The notes below the pieces were generated by a model. The model did no database searches, had not been told where the DNA came from, and worked only from the letters and a program-made list of their open reading frames with translations. A DNA stretch of 64,000 nt from Lytechinus pictus (Eukaryota): NCBI RefSeq assembly GCF_037042905.1, contig NC_087262.1, positions 16,740,001 to 16,804,000 on the forward strand, in the 5' to 3' direction. Numbering within the stretch: position 1 is the stretch's first letter; each line of letters opens with the position of its first letter. Shown here in pieces: positions 46,701 through 60,192 of this stretch. The position numbers and the translations under genes were made by a program.

Positions 46701-49700
46701 TGATTTTGTAAAATGCATATATCCAAACTAAGTCACAAGTTTTGTCTCTCATACAAGCATGAGATATTTCTTAACAAGCCCATCCGTTCCATTTCATTTA
46801 TTTTTTTACCAAAAGTCACTTTTATTCACCTCAATATCCTTTCATCCGAGTTTTTTTTTCTATATTATGTACATTATAATTGGAATTGAACTCGTTGTGA
46901 TATTTATGTACAATGTATTTTTGATATGAAAGTACTTTAATGCATTTTAAGAACGAAGAATTAATAAATCTTAAATATGATCAAATACCTTCTCACAAAC
47001 GAATTTCATTTCTAGTAAATCCGTCGATTTAAAGAAAGAGAGAACGGTGTATCAAACCAGGGTGCAATTCGTTTTACCCACTGTTCCCTCATGTTTGAAT
47101 TATAATACCAATATTTTGCGCCAATTTATTGTTGTTTGTTATAATTTGGACTTAATGAATGTTAACAATTCAGTTTGACAAATGGAACGGAAACTGTTTG
47201 CGTCATCAATATTGCCTTCACTCTGAGAGTATAGATAATTTTGCACAAATATAATTATTTTATATGTTTCACATAACATATATAGTATATCATTTCATGT
47301 TTTTAACGACATATCTATCGAGTTTATGTCATCTCTTCATAATACGCTGACTGATTTCCATCTATGAAATACACAGAATTATTTCAACCATTATTATAGC
47401 CTATTATGGTGTAGCCAATAAAAACTAACGCTGTAAATATTCAAATCATAATAGAAGCGAATAATTTCATTATCATGTGAGTGAGGGTAGGAATTGACAG
47501 ACAAAGTGTTGGCCCTACTATAGAATGACATAATAAAATTTGACAATTAAGATTTCTAAACCAACCGATTATTTCCATTGATTATTAATGATAATAATAA
47601 TCAAGGGCGGCGCCATGATATTTTGATGGGGGGGGGGCACCGAAAGATAGAATTTGAGGGATGTTTTATAGGTACATGGTCCAGACCTCTCCATTTTAAT
47701 TCTTTTTCCTCAATTCTTTCCTTTCCTTCCATATTTTTCTCCTCCTTTGTCACTACGTACAAAATCGTATAGGGAGCGGTAGCCCCTACCATTTTCTCGA
47801 TAGATAAATATAGGCAAAATGTTCATACCATTTGTTCCGGGAAGGGTAAGAAAAATGGAGATTGAAAGAAAGAAGGGAGGGGGCAAAAGGGGTAGAGGTT
47901 TGGAACTAAAGGAGGTGCGAAAGAGGGCAATATTTAAAAGGGAATTATAATAATGAATAGAGTAAAGTCAGAGATGGGAAGAGGGAGGTAGAAAAGATGT
48001 GAGGTGGGGATAAAAAGAGAGATAGGGGAAAGGAAACTCATGCCGTTTGAAAGTATATCACATTACAAGACATCAGATAATTTTATTGTTATTCCGGATA
48101 AAATCTATATAATATAAGGCCTAGTTAAGATCACGCAGCAGTATCAACGAAACCGACTCCAAACCGACCGACTGATACAATGTACACCATTCGAAAAAGA
48201 AATGGTCAGACAGCCCTGGGGTCTGATTTTTGTTATGTTGCAGTCTTACGAACAAAACCGACTCCAAATAAACTATTATGCCATTTGAAATTTTAAAAAA
48301 AATCCGTAATAGCCCTGACCGAGTCCAAACCCACTGATACCATTTGAGAAAAAAAAATGGTAGACCTGACCGGTTTGATGTCTATTTCATTTGTGTGAAA
48401 GAATTAGCATAACACAGAAAAAAAAATCAATGCTCCAGTTATACCAACAAAACCGACTCCAAACCGATTGATTTGACATTTGAAAAACAAAAACAAACCG
48501 TTATAGCCCTGATCGGTTTTAGGTCGGTTTCATCGATGTGACTGTAGCGTGACAAAGAAATTACAAAATCAATGTAATGGAAACAGGTCTTGATGGGAGG
48601 TGTTATTATTTTTTTAGGGGGGGGGGGCAAGTCACAAATTTTCAACGAGGGTCTTAGTTCATCCTACAGTGTTGTTTTTTCTTCAGGAGGGAACAGGTGA
48701 TTTTTTGTTGAGAATCCTGAAAGTGATGGATTAAAGTAACTGAGTAATCACTAGTAGTATATAGAGGAACGTTTTGAGTTTGAATGGTAAAAAAAGGATT
48801 AAGTGGATTATTATTTTGGTAAATTTGGATCAGTTTTCCAGGGAAGTGTAAGTTTTCAAAATTTTCCCATCTAAAGGGGACGGGCAATTGCCCATTTCTC
48901 ATATAAAACTGAATTGCAGCCACTGAGGTGGCCCATGTTTGAAAAAATAAGGTCTAATACCTATTTTTGATACAAAATTTTAAAAATGGCCCTGCTTCCC
49001 TAACAATGTAATCCGTATTAAGGTTTTTTTTTATTAGTTTCTTCTTCATGTTCACCTAGCTCTTTCCTATTTTTCCTTCCCTTTTTTAAGGAATGATCAT
49101 CATCGAAAAATAACGGAGAAGGAATTCAAAATTCCTCATACTTCCAATAAAGTAAATCAACAGCTACAGATATCATTTTGTATACAGGCATGTTTATTAT
49201 GAGCCTTTTAAATAAGTTGTTTCGCGAATTATTTTCAAACCGTTTTAATAAGATATTTGAAGTATACATTAAAGAACGCATCTTAAGTAAAAACAAATTG
49301 TCTGATATTATAGGGAGTTACATCATGACCCGGACTGGGATCGATTATCAGTATGGATCATGGAAATTATGTTTAAAAAAACTTTTATAATACGCTGTTT
49401 ACTATATGAACTTCACAGAATTAAGTTGTTTAAAACAGCTTAAACATATTAAACAAGTTAGTGTTTGAAATCTTGAACAAGAGGGGAGAAATCAGAGATA
49501 TGAGAAATTAAAGGAAAAGGTATGGTACTTTGTGTACAAACAAATAGAGAGTTAATCAGCAACTTTGAAGCAAGTATGCCAATTTGAGGATCCCCTGACA
49601 GTAAAACTGCTGCTTTAATTTTTACACAATGATGTTGACTGTATACACTAGTTGTTTAACATTTTAAACAATCATTCTAAATTTATTGATAAATCAATAT

Positions 49701-50161
49701 AGAAAAAATAAACGCTTATGTTGATTAAGATTTTACAAACTTGTTTGAACAATAAGATTCATGGTGTAAACAGCGTTGTACAGTGTTTTTACTGTGTAGA
49801 GATAATACAGTACGTGTATCTCTCAACATTGCTCAATGATCCAAAAATGGATTAGAATTGAACGCCCTCTATCGATAAGGTGACAAATGCTTCCATCAAG
49901 TTCAAAGGTAGCTGGGAAAAACCAGTTCTATTTATCATTATACTATTATGCTATTGTAATATATCGCAGCTTCCTCATTCTTTATTAATGTGCACAAAGT
50001 CATATTGTAATAGAAGTTTCGCGCACACAATCATTTCACGACCGTGACGTGCACAATAATTATTATGTACATATTTACAGCAGTGTTACTCGTAGCTATC
50101 TCTCACAACTAAGTAGTACTCAGTTTCGTTGAAATAGTTTGACTGTAGAGTTTATGTAGCT

Positions 50162-50791
50162 ATGGCTGAAAAGATTGAAATAGAGAAAGCCTCCAGTTCT
50201 TCACAGAACCTGGTATGTCCGCTATGTCTTGATATTTTTTATGAACCAACGATCCTGACGTGCGGACACACTTTCTGTCGAAAGTGTCTCAAGAAATATG
50301 ATCTGACCCACCAGGACATTGACCACATGGTCTGTCCTCTCTGTAGGGAGATCACCAAGTTGTCTTCCAACCGAGTCGACGATCTCCAACTCAATGTCTC
50401 CATTAACGGATTCGTAGACGATTACCACGCCAAGTGTGGAGGGATGAATTCTGTTCTTGAAATGAACCATAAATGCACAGCTTGCAAGTTTCAGCAAGAC
50501 GCTGTCTCCTTCTGCAGAACATGTAATAACTACATATGTGATAAATGTTTACAATCTCACCAGTGTATGACAATGTTTGAAGATCACGAGATTGTCTCCA
50601 TGGAGGATGTCATCGAAGGGAAGGTCAGCATTGGTCATCAATTTGAGAAATGCTCCATCCACAAACAAGAGAACAAAGATATGTTTTGTGATGATTGTAA
50701 GGTCAGTGTCTGTCTCAGGTGCGTGGTCGTTGGTCACAAGGTCCATAACATCAAGAACCAGTCGGACTTCGAGCAGGAGTTGAGGCGAAAG
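50162..50791 (+). CDS. TRIM copy 4, coding exon 1
   Basis: Two amino-acid differences from copy 3 exon 1; donor AAG|GTAATG. Confidence 0.93.
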
Positions 50792-52123
50792 GTAATGGTC
50801 ATTTGAGATTTAGGGGTATCAAGTAGAAAACAATATCTTAAAGAAGATGCTGATGAAGATTGTGCCGCTGAAGGAGAAGAAGATGATGATACTAGCTATT
50901 CTTTTATTAATACCCCTGACTTCCTCGTCCTCCCCCTCAGTATAGAGACGCAGAACCAGTTGGGGTATACTTTTAAGCCTCCGATCTTTTTTTTTCAGTA
51001 AATGTGTACAAAAAATAAATGACAATATTATTGTGAAATGTTACATGCCCCCCCTTCTTGGATCAGCCCCCGCTCTCAAAACAATGCCACGACCCCAGTA
51101 CCGTGTGAGTAAAAAAAAATGACACCTCATATTTTAACGAAAATATTATGCCATTTGCATAATCATATATGGCCTGAAAGAATATTTTCTCCCAAATAAC
51201 TTAATACGTTATTTATGTGGACTGTGTTCACGCTTGAATGATCAAGATATATTATTTTATTCTTATTTGTATTGATGTAAATTTTGATTTGCGCTAAAGC
51301 AAGACATGGCTGCAATAAATTACTCCATATGTCAGTGATGTCATAATATATACAAGAGTTCCATCAAAATCCATTTCAGAATACGTTATCGATAATTTGC
51401 ATTTATTGTTTAATAACGACTTTTAAGTATTAATTCTCAAGTTGATTTCATTGAAGGGATTTGCAAATTAATATGTTTACTAATTCATGATCTGATGATG
51501 GATTATGAATGACATCATTGGCATACGGATTCGTTCATTGCAGTAATGCCAAACTTTCGCGCAAATCAAGATTTGCATCACTGCAAAGAATACCAACTGT
51601 ATCTAAGCGTGAAGACATACCACATAAATATGGAATTAAATTAAATCAAGATTTCCCTTAAAATGGGGACTTATGAGGTGTCAAGTTTTTATTCACACGG
51701 TATATGGCTAATTGTGATATCAATGTTAATAATAACAATGAAAAATTGATGATGATAATTATAAATAATAATGATATTGATAACAATAGTAATACTGATA
51801 CTATTGTTAATTTTGACAAAATCTAAATTAATTCTAATAATAATAATAAAAAACTATCATTAATACATATAATATAGCAGTAATAATACGACTACTCATA
51901 TAATGGTAATAACTGTCACTCATATCATTCGTTGCCTCCCCTACCCCCCCCCCCCCCCCCCCTCCTCATCCAGAATAGAGATTAAAAAATATTGATGTGA
52001 CAACTTCCCGGGTGTATTATGTTAAACTTTATAATGGTTACATTCATTCAAAATTCTTCTAAACATTGTTTACGTGAATGATTATTTTACAGCAAACGGT
52101 TACTATTTTTTTTTCTCTCTTAG

Positions 52124-53389
52124 GTGACAGACCTTGCCCAGCAATGTGCAGCTAAGAAAGCAGAACTGGAGAAGAACATTCAGAATATAGAATTACAACG
52201 TCATGAGGTACACACTGCCATGCAGAAACTACTAGATGATGTCAGCCAGGCTTACAGCATCAAGGTCAAAGAGCTGGAAGGAAATCTTCAAGATCTCATC
52301 GAGCAAATAAATGAACTAAAGCGAAGTTTCGAGGATGATCTCAACATCCTAAAGTCCAAGGAACGACAGAGGATCAAAAGCATTTGTAGTTCGGTTACAT
52401 TGGTAGATAATGACAGACTGGGTCATCTTGAGACAGATAGTCTGTCCGCTCATAATTTGCTTTGTAATGAGCTAGAAGCTATGCTGAAAGAGGTTACCGA
52501 TCGCACTACTGCGGAAGTTATTACAAAGAAAGCACAGGAGAAGAGTTTTAATCCTGGAGATAAATCTTGTCTTGACCTCGGGCGCATTTCAGGATCAGAT
52601 CCCAAGTTAGAAACCATGAAGTGTATAGATCTACGAGAGCGGATGGTTGGAATGACAGCTTACACTCGTACCAGTGTGGCCATCGTATATGGGAATAATG
52701 CACGAGGTATTGATATCATTGATACTGCTGGTGGAACGGAGCAGTATACAAACATACCACATAACGTGCATGGTTATGTCGGTATTGTGATTCAGCGAGA
52801 CGGTGTATTATGTGTCTCAACTGGTTGTACAGAAGCACACATGTATTCTACCAATGGCTCCAGGAAAGCAACAATCGAAGTGAATGTGGCTTGTTTTTAT
52901 ATCACACTGAACAGAAGTCCATCAAATGAGATCATCATTGCTAACGGTGCCAACAAAGTCTACATCTATGACCCGACTGGATCCACTCTCAAACACACTG
53001 TTCCAACAAAGCACAAGACATGGCAGGTATCATCCACCAGGTCTGGTTTGATCATCACCAGTTCTTGTCATCTCACCAATCCAAGCGTGGTGACGGTCTA
53101 TGACAGGGATGGGAATGCTGGTGAGTCTCTGCAAGCTCCAAAGGATGTCAACCTGTATGCTACCGTGGATGAGCAGGACAGGGTGTATGTAGCGAGTGTT
53201 GATTATAAGAATAAGAAGGTGGTGATCAGGCTCTATGATCTTGATGGTCTGAACCTGAAGGAAAGAGTTGAGTTTAATGCACTTGACATGACATTGGGTG
53301 ATAATTGGTGTTACTTGGTGTCCCTCTCTCCGGACCTACTCGCCTTTGCTTGTATGAAGAAGTTATATTTCATCAAGGTATCGCTGTAA
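52124..53389 (+). CDS. TRIM copy 4, coding exon 2 (product 631 aa; chimeric)
   Basis: ctcttAG|GTG acceptor; 5' part like copy 3, 3' part like copy 1. Confidence 0.9.
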   Translation: MTDLAQQCAAKKAELEKNIQNIELQRHEVHTAMQKLLDDVSQAYSIKVKELEGNLQDLIEQINELKRSFEDDLNILKSKERQRIKSICSSVTLVDNDRLGHLETDSLSAHNLLCNELEAMLKEVTDRTTAEVITKKAQEKSFNPGDKSCLDLGRISGSDPKLETMKCIDLRERMVGMTAYTRTSVAIVYGNNARGIDIIDTAGGTEQYTNIPHNVHGYVGIVIQRDGVLCVSTGCTEAHMYSTNGSRKATIEVNVACFYITLNRSPSNEIIIANGANKVYIYDPTGSTLKHTVPTKHKTWQVSSTRSGLIITSSCHLTNPSVVTVYDRDGNAGESLQAPKDVNLYATVDEQDRVYVASVDYKNKKVVIRLYDLDGLNLKERVEFNALDMTLGDNWCYLVSLSPDLLAFACMKKLYFIKVSL

Positions 53390-56300
53390 TAAAGAGTATA
53401 CATGAACTATTGACTTTTATGAGATTATTTATAGTGTATCTGAAATGAGAATCCAATATGTTTGTAAACACCTTTCTGAATTTGTTTACATTTTGTGGTG
53501 TGTATATACACATAAATCTTAACACGAATCGAAGAACGTTCATACACATAAAATAATTTAATGAATGTAACTCGAGTATCAAAAGACCATTATTTTTAAT
53601 TATTTCGTGAATCTGAATTAACCACACAGTAAAAAAAAAACACGTTGTTTAAGCCTGTCACTCTAATAACAAGTTGTTTCACTTTCTTTGTAATTGTTTA
53701 AACATTTAAAAAAACTAGTTTTTAAGTTGTTTTTAAAATAAACAGATGTTTAAAGGGTTTAACAGTAGTCGTTAGAGTGTCGGGCTTAAACAACGTGCTT
53801 GAAATCGTAAATAGCGTTTTTACAGTGTATTGCTGGTGTTGTCATTCAACTCGTGTAATTAACATGATTAAGCCAGCGTTTAATATTTTGGGGTCTCTGT
53901 TATAGAGAATTCGATGAAAGGCTAATGTATTAAACGAACTTTATATTTTGTGAGTTATAAGATTTGCTTTTGGAAATTGTGTACAATCGATTTGCTGTTT
54001 TGTTGCAAGCCAGTCTATATTATTTGTGGATATACGTAAATATGATCTCGAAATTTTAGATTTTTTCTGTCCAGTGTTATGATGTGAAAATTAAAGGCCT
54101 AATAATTACGGATATCAGCTGAATTCTTTCCTATTCGACGATAAACCCATTAATCTGAATAGGCCTTAAGTTCTTCTTGTGTGGAATGTATAGTCCCCAC
54201 AAACCACTTGATTTATTAATATTTTCATTTTATGAAATGTCCATAATTACAGGAATATTAATTTTGTATCAAAACACCTCGCTGAATGATTAATGTTTAT
54301 AATCAGTCACTACAAATACAAACTACGATATTAAAATATTTCAATTTCACGAGGGCATCCATAGACATGTTTTTATATCAAAGAACTTGTTATTCTTTTT
54401 TTTTACTAGAAATTTTTTGCCTTTATTCAGAATACAACACATCATAGTATAAGTAGATAAGAACTTATATTTTCTTGCATTGCACATTGGCATACGTTCT
54501 TTTTCACAAAATTTAGGTTAGCTTAATAAATGACTATATTTCCATGAAATATAATAATCAAAACAATGAATCATAATAAAGAAATGATACTTTGAACATT
54601 ATAGAAATCAATATAAATCATGATAATTTGAATAAGGAACTTCTTATGAGAAAAGATGAATGGTTTACATTAAGCCAATATGACACCGGTGTATTTTATT
54701 ACAATTTATCAATATAAGAATGATTATACAACATGAATATCGGACTATGTGTTTATAAATTGCCGTTTGTTTTATAATGCCCTCTTTCGAGAGGATAATG
54801 ACATGCTCTTCAAACAACATGGAAAGGTATCTATTGGAAACTGATTCTATCCAAAGATTATACAATGAATAATTTTCTGGAAAAAAATCTATTATCATAT
54901 TCACCGCTTTAGAAAATGTTGGACAGAAACAACACAAATACACATAGATACGCTTGTCCACCCCCCCCCCAAAAAAAAAGGAAGTGATTGGTCTCTTTAT
55001 TGTTTTTGTTTCTTAGATTTGACATTAATCTCTTAAAAGTGACAGAATGACGATTAGTACTGTAAATTATTTAATATAAGATAATACTGATAATTGTGAC
55101 ATCCTATAAGGTCTTACACTCTAATAATGAAACATTGAAAGGTTATTGAAATATGTTGATTCAGTATCTATATATTCTATTTTCTAATTGAATTACTTGC
55201 GTGAAATTGCATAGATATAATGTGTATATGAATAATATTGAAATTTATATTGTTATTACATTCTCTATATCATAGTGTGCATAATGTATGTAAGGAAATG
55301 TTTACCATAGAATATAAATTTTACACTTTTTAAAGTTTTGATTTGACCCATATTTGTTTCTAATACCTCTATATTATCTGGATCTCATACATATCAAATT
55401 AAGTTTAAAATGCTATTTCTATATGAATTATTATTGTATAATATTAAATGTATGAATGTGTTTTTATTATTGATATTGATTGGTCAGTTCATTTAGCGAT
55501 TGATCGCTAATCTTTGTGTTACGGAGCCCTGGTCTGGGAGGAAGGCCTTTGGGTGGTAGTAATTTATTTTAGGTTTTCCTTTCCTAGGCAACCCATGGGT
55601 CCCGTAACACAAAGATAAGTGATTAATTGCATATTTGATTTTTACGATTAATTGTATATTGTAGTCAATGCAATCAATCGTAGAATAATGTTCTACAATA
55701 ATTGCTAAGCTCTGTCTTACGGGCCCATGGAGATGAATTGGTAAACATCCTCGTCTCTTTTGTTTTTGTATTTGTGTTCTCTTTGAAAATTTCATTTTGT
55801 TGATATACTGAACAAAAATAATAATAACAATGTATATACATGTAGAGGACTCCTCGCACGGATTAAAAAAAGTTGTACATGCATGGATTTTGAAGTTCAA
55901 ACTTGTATGACTATTGACACTAAAAAAAGGGGATACCAAAAAAAAGGGGGTACTTTAAATGTTTCGTTGATAGAAAAACAATAACCGTCCCCATACAAAT
56001 ATCATTGATGTCTTCGGTTCGGTAAATAAATTAATTTGTTCTCTTCGTGAATATTTAGGTTTTTGTCGTTTGGAAATTTATACACATGGATTTCTGGCAA
56101 GATAGACTATGGTCTTACCACATAGGAAGGGGGATTTTAAGTGAATGAATAAAAAAGATGTATAGTTTCATAATATGATTTCTAAATATGTTTGTTCAGC
56201 TATTCGCTGCCTGCACTGGCATAATGTTTCTCTTCCGCGAATATCATATTTTCATATTTTATTTTGTACTCCATTTTCAACTTTAGATATTTTCATTTTA

Positions 56301-57426
56301 TAGTGTTATTCTTTTAGTAGGTGTCGTCTTTCGTCTCTATCCGTTATTGTAGCCTGATTTTGTAAAATGCATATATCCAAACTAAGTCACAAGTTTTGTC
56401 TCTCATACAAGCATGAGATATTTCTTAACAAGCCCATCCGTTCCATTTCATTTATTTTTTTACCAAAAGTCACTTTTATTCACCTCAATATCCTTTCATC
56501 CGAGTTTTTTTTCTATATTATGTACATTATAATTGGAATTGAACTCGTTGTGATATTTATGTACAATGTATTTTTGGTATGAAAGTACTTTAATGCATTT
56601 TAAGAACGAATAATTAATAAATCTTAAATATGATCAAATACCTTCTCACAAACGAATTTCATTTCTAGTAAATCCGTCGATTTAAAGAAAGAGAGAACGG
56701 TGTATCAAACCAGGGTGCAATTCGTTTTACCCACTGTTCTCTCATGTTTGAATTATAATACCAATATTTTGCGCCAATTTATTGGTGTTTGTTATAATTT
56801 GGACTTAATGAATGTTAACAATTCAGTTTGACAAATGGAACGGAAACTGTTTGCGTCATCAAAATTGCCTTCACTCTGAGAGTATAGATAATTTTGCACA
56901 ATTACAATTATTTTATATGTTTCACATAACATATATAGTATATCATTTCATGTTTTTAACGACATATCTATCGAGTTTATGTCATCTCTTCATAATACGC
57001 TGACTGATTTCCATCTGTGAAATACGAAGAATTATTTCACCCACTATTATAGCCTATTATGGTGTAGCCAATAAAAACTAACGCTGTAAATATTGAAATC
57101 ATAATAGAAGCGAATAATTTCATTATCATGTGAGTGAGGGTAGGAATTGACAGACAAAGTTTTGGCCTTACTATAGAATGACATAATAAAATTCGACAAT
57201 TAAGATTTCTAAACCAACCGATTATTTCCATTGATTATTAATGATAATAATAATCAAGGGCGGCGCCATGATATTTTGATGGGGGGGGGGGGCACCGATA
57301 GATAGAATTTGATGGATGTTTTACAGGTACATGGTCCAGACCTCTCCATTTTAATTTTTCCCTCAATTCTTTCCTTTCCTTCATTTTTTTCTCCTCTTTT
57401 GTCACTACGCACAAAATCGTAGGGAG

Positions 57427-59460
57427 CGGTAGCCCCTTCCCTTTTCTCGATAAATAAATGTAGGCAAAATTTTAATACCATTTGTTCTAGGAATGGTAAG
57501 AGAAATGGAGATTGGAAGAAAGAAGGGAGGGGGGCAGGAGGGGTAGAGGTTGGGAACTAAAGGGGATGCGAACGGTAGCCCCTTCCCTTTTCTCGATAAA
57601 TAAATATAGGCAAAATTTTAATACCATTTGTTCTAGGAAGAGTAAGAGAAATGGAGATTGGAAGAAAGAAGGGAGGGGGGCAGGAGGGGTAGAGGTTGGG
57701 AACTAAAGGGGATGCGAACGGTAGCCCCTTCCCTTTTCTCGATAAATAAATATAGGCAAAATTTTAATACCATTTGTTCTAGGAAGAGTAAGAGAAATGG
57801 AGATTGGAAGAAAGAAGGGAGGGGGGCAGGAGGGGTAGAGGTTGGGAACTAAAGGGGATGCGAACGGTAACCCCTTCCCTTTTCTCGATAAATAAATATA
57901 GGCAAAATTTTAATACCATTTGTTCTAGGAAGAGTAAGAGAAATGGAGAGTGGAAGAAAGAAGGGAGGGGGCAGGAGGGGTAGAGGTTGGGAACTAAAGG
58001 GGATGCGAACGGTAGCCCCTTCCCTTTTCTCGATAAATGAATATAGGCAAAATTTTAATCCCATTTGTTCTAGGAAGAGTAAGAGAAATGGAGATTGGAA
58101 GAAAGAAGGGAGGGGGCAGGAGGGGTAGAGGTTGGGAACTAAAGGGGATGCGAACGGTAGCCCCTTCCCTTTTCTCGATAAATAAATATAGGCAAAATTT
58201 TAATACCATTTGTTCTAGGAAGAGTAAGAGAAATGGAGATTGGAAGAAAGAAGGGAGGGGGGCAGGAGGGGTAGAGGTTGGGAACTAAAGGGGATGCGAA
58301 CGGTAACCCCTTCCCTTTTCTCGATAAATAAATATAGGCAAAATTTTAATACCATTTGTTCTAGGAAGAGTAAGAGAAATGGAGATTGGAAGAAAGAAGG
58401 GAGGGGGCAGGAGGGGTAGAGGTTGGGAACTAAAGGGGATGCGAACGGTAGCCCCTTCCCTTTTCTCGATAAATAAATATAGGCAAAATTTTAATACCAT
58501 TTGTTCTAGGAAGAGTAAGAGAAATGGAGATTGGAAGAAAGAAGGGAGGGGGGCAGGAGGGGTAGAGGTTGGGAACTAAAGGGGATGCGAACGGTAACCC
58601 CTTCCCTTTTCTCGATAAATAAATATAGGCAAAATTTTAATACCATTTGTTCTAGGAAGAGTAAGAGAAATGGAGATTGGAAGAAAGAAGGGAGGGGGCA
58701 GGAGGGGTAGAGGTTGGGAACTAAAGGGGATGCGAACGGTAGCCCCTTCCCTTTTCTCGATAAATAAATATAGGCAAAATTTTAATACCATTTGTTCTAG
58801 GAAGAGTAAGAGAAATGGAGATTGGAAGAAAGAAGGGAGGGGGGCAGGAGGGGTAGAGGTTGGGAACTAAAGGGGATGCGAACGGTAACCCCTTCCCTTT
58901 TCTCGATAAATAAATATAGGCAAAATTTTAATACCATTTGTTCTAGGAAGAGTAAGAGAAATGGAGATTGGAAGAAAGAAGGGAGGGGGCAGGAGGGGTA
59001 GAGGTTGGGAACTAAAGGGGATGCGAACGGTAGCCCCTTCCCTTTTCTCGATAAATGAATATAGGCAAAATTTTAATCCCATTTGTTCTAGGAAGAGTAA
59101 GAGAAATGGAGATTGGAAGAAAGAAGGGAGGGGGCAGGAGGGGTAGAGGTTGGGAACTAAAGGGGATGCGAACGGTAGCCCCTTCCCTTTTCTCGATAAA
59201 TAAATATAGGCAAAATTTTAATACCATTTGTTCTAGGAAGAGTAAGAGAAATGGAGATTGGAAGAAAGAAAGGAGGGGGCAGGAGGGGTAGAGGTTGGGA
59301 ACTAAAGGGGATGCGAACGGTAGCCCCTTCCTTTTCTCGATAAATAAATATAGGCAAAATTTTAATACCATTTGTTCTAGGAAGAGTAAGAGAAATGGAG
59401 ATTGGAAGAAAGAAGGGAGGGGGGCAGGAGGGGTAGAGGTTTGGTACTAAAGGAGATGCG
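57427..59460 (+). repeat. Tandem array of 14 x 145/146-bp units
   Basis: Unit cggtagccccttccc...aactaaaggggatgcgaa starts at ~57427, 57573, 57719, 57865, 58010 ... 59318. Confidence 0.95.
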
Positions 59461-60192
59461 GAAAAGGGCAAGATGTAAAAGGGAAATATAATAATGAATA
59501 GTAAATATAGAGAGGGAAAGAGGGAGGTAGAAAAGATGTAAGGTGAGGATAGAAAGAGAGATAGGGGGAAAGGAAACTCATGCCGTTTGAAAATACTTAG
59601 AATATCACATTACAAGACATAAGATAACAATGTTATTGTTATTCCGGATAAAATCTATAAGATCATGCTGCAGTATCAACGAAACCGACTCCAAACCGAC
59701 CCCTGATACAGTGTATACCATTCGAAAAAAAACCGGTCAGACAGCCTTGATGTCGGTTTTCTTTGTCATGCTACTGTCGTACCAACGAAACCGACTCCAA
59801 ACCGACTGATATGACACTGGGGGATACAAACCGTAATAGCCCTGACCGGTTTTAGGTCGGTTTCATCGATGTGACTGCAGCATGACAAAGAACTTTTAAA
59901 AAAAATCAATGTCCCAGTCACACTAACGAAACAATCCCCAAACCGATCGATGGAATGTCATTGTAAATAACGTATAGATTCAGTACATCTGGAGTCGATG
60001 TGACCGCGGCTAAGACTGTATAACACTGATCACTAGACTGAATGTATCCTCAGAAACATTAGAATTAAAGTGAAATATCCAGGATGCGCCCGTGATGATT
60101 GAAATAGTATCAAACTGAGCTAATAATCTCTTACACTGAGTCGATTGAGCCCGGTATAAGAACTCACAAATGTTGTTATCTCGCTCACTTAA

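Noticed and set aside
57427-59460. CRISPR-like array or repetitive coding gene
   Set aside because: Head-to-tail units without unique spacers, no cas genes, eukaryotic context; the ORFs are by-products of the repeat
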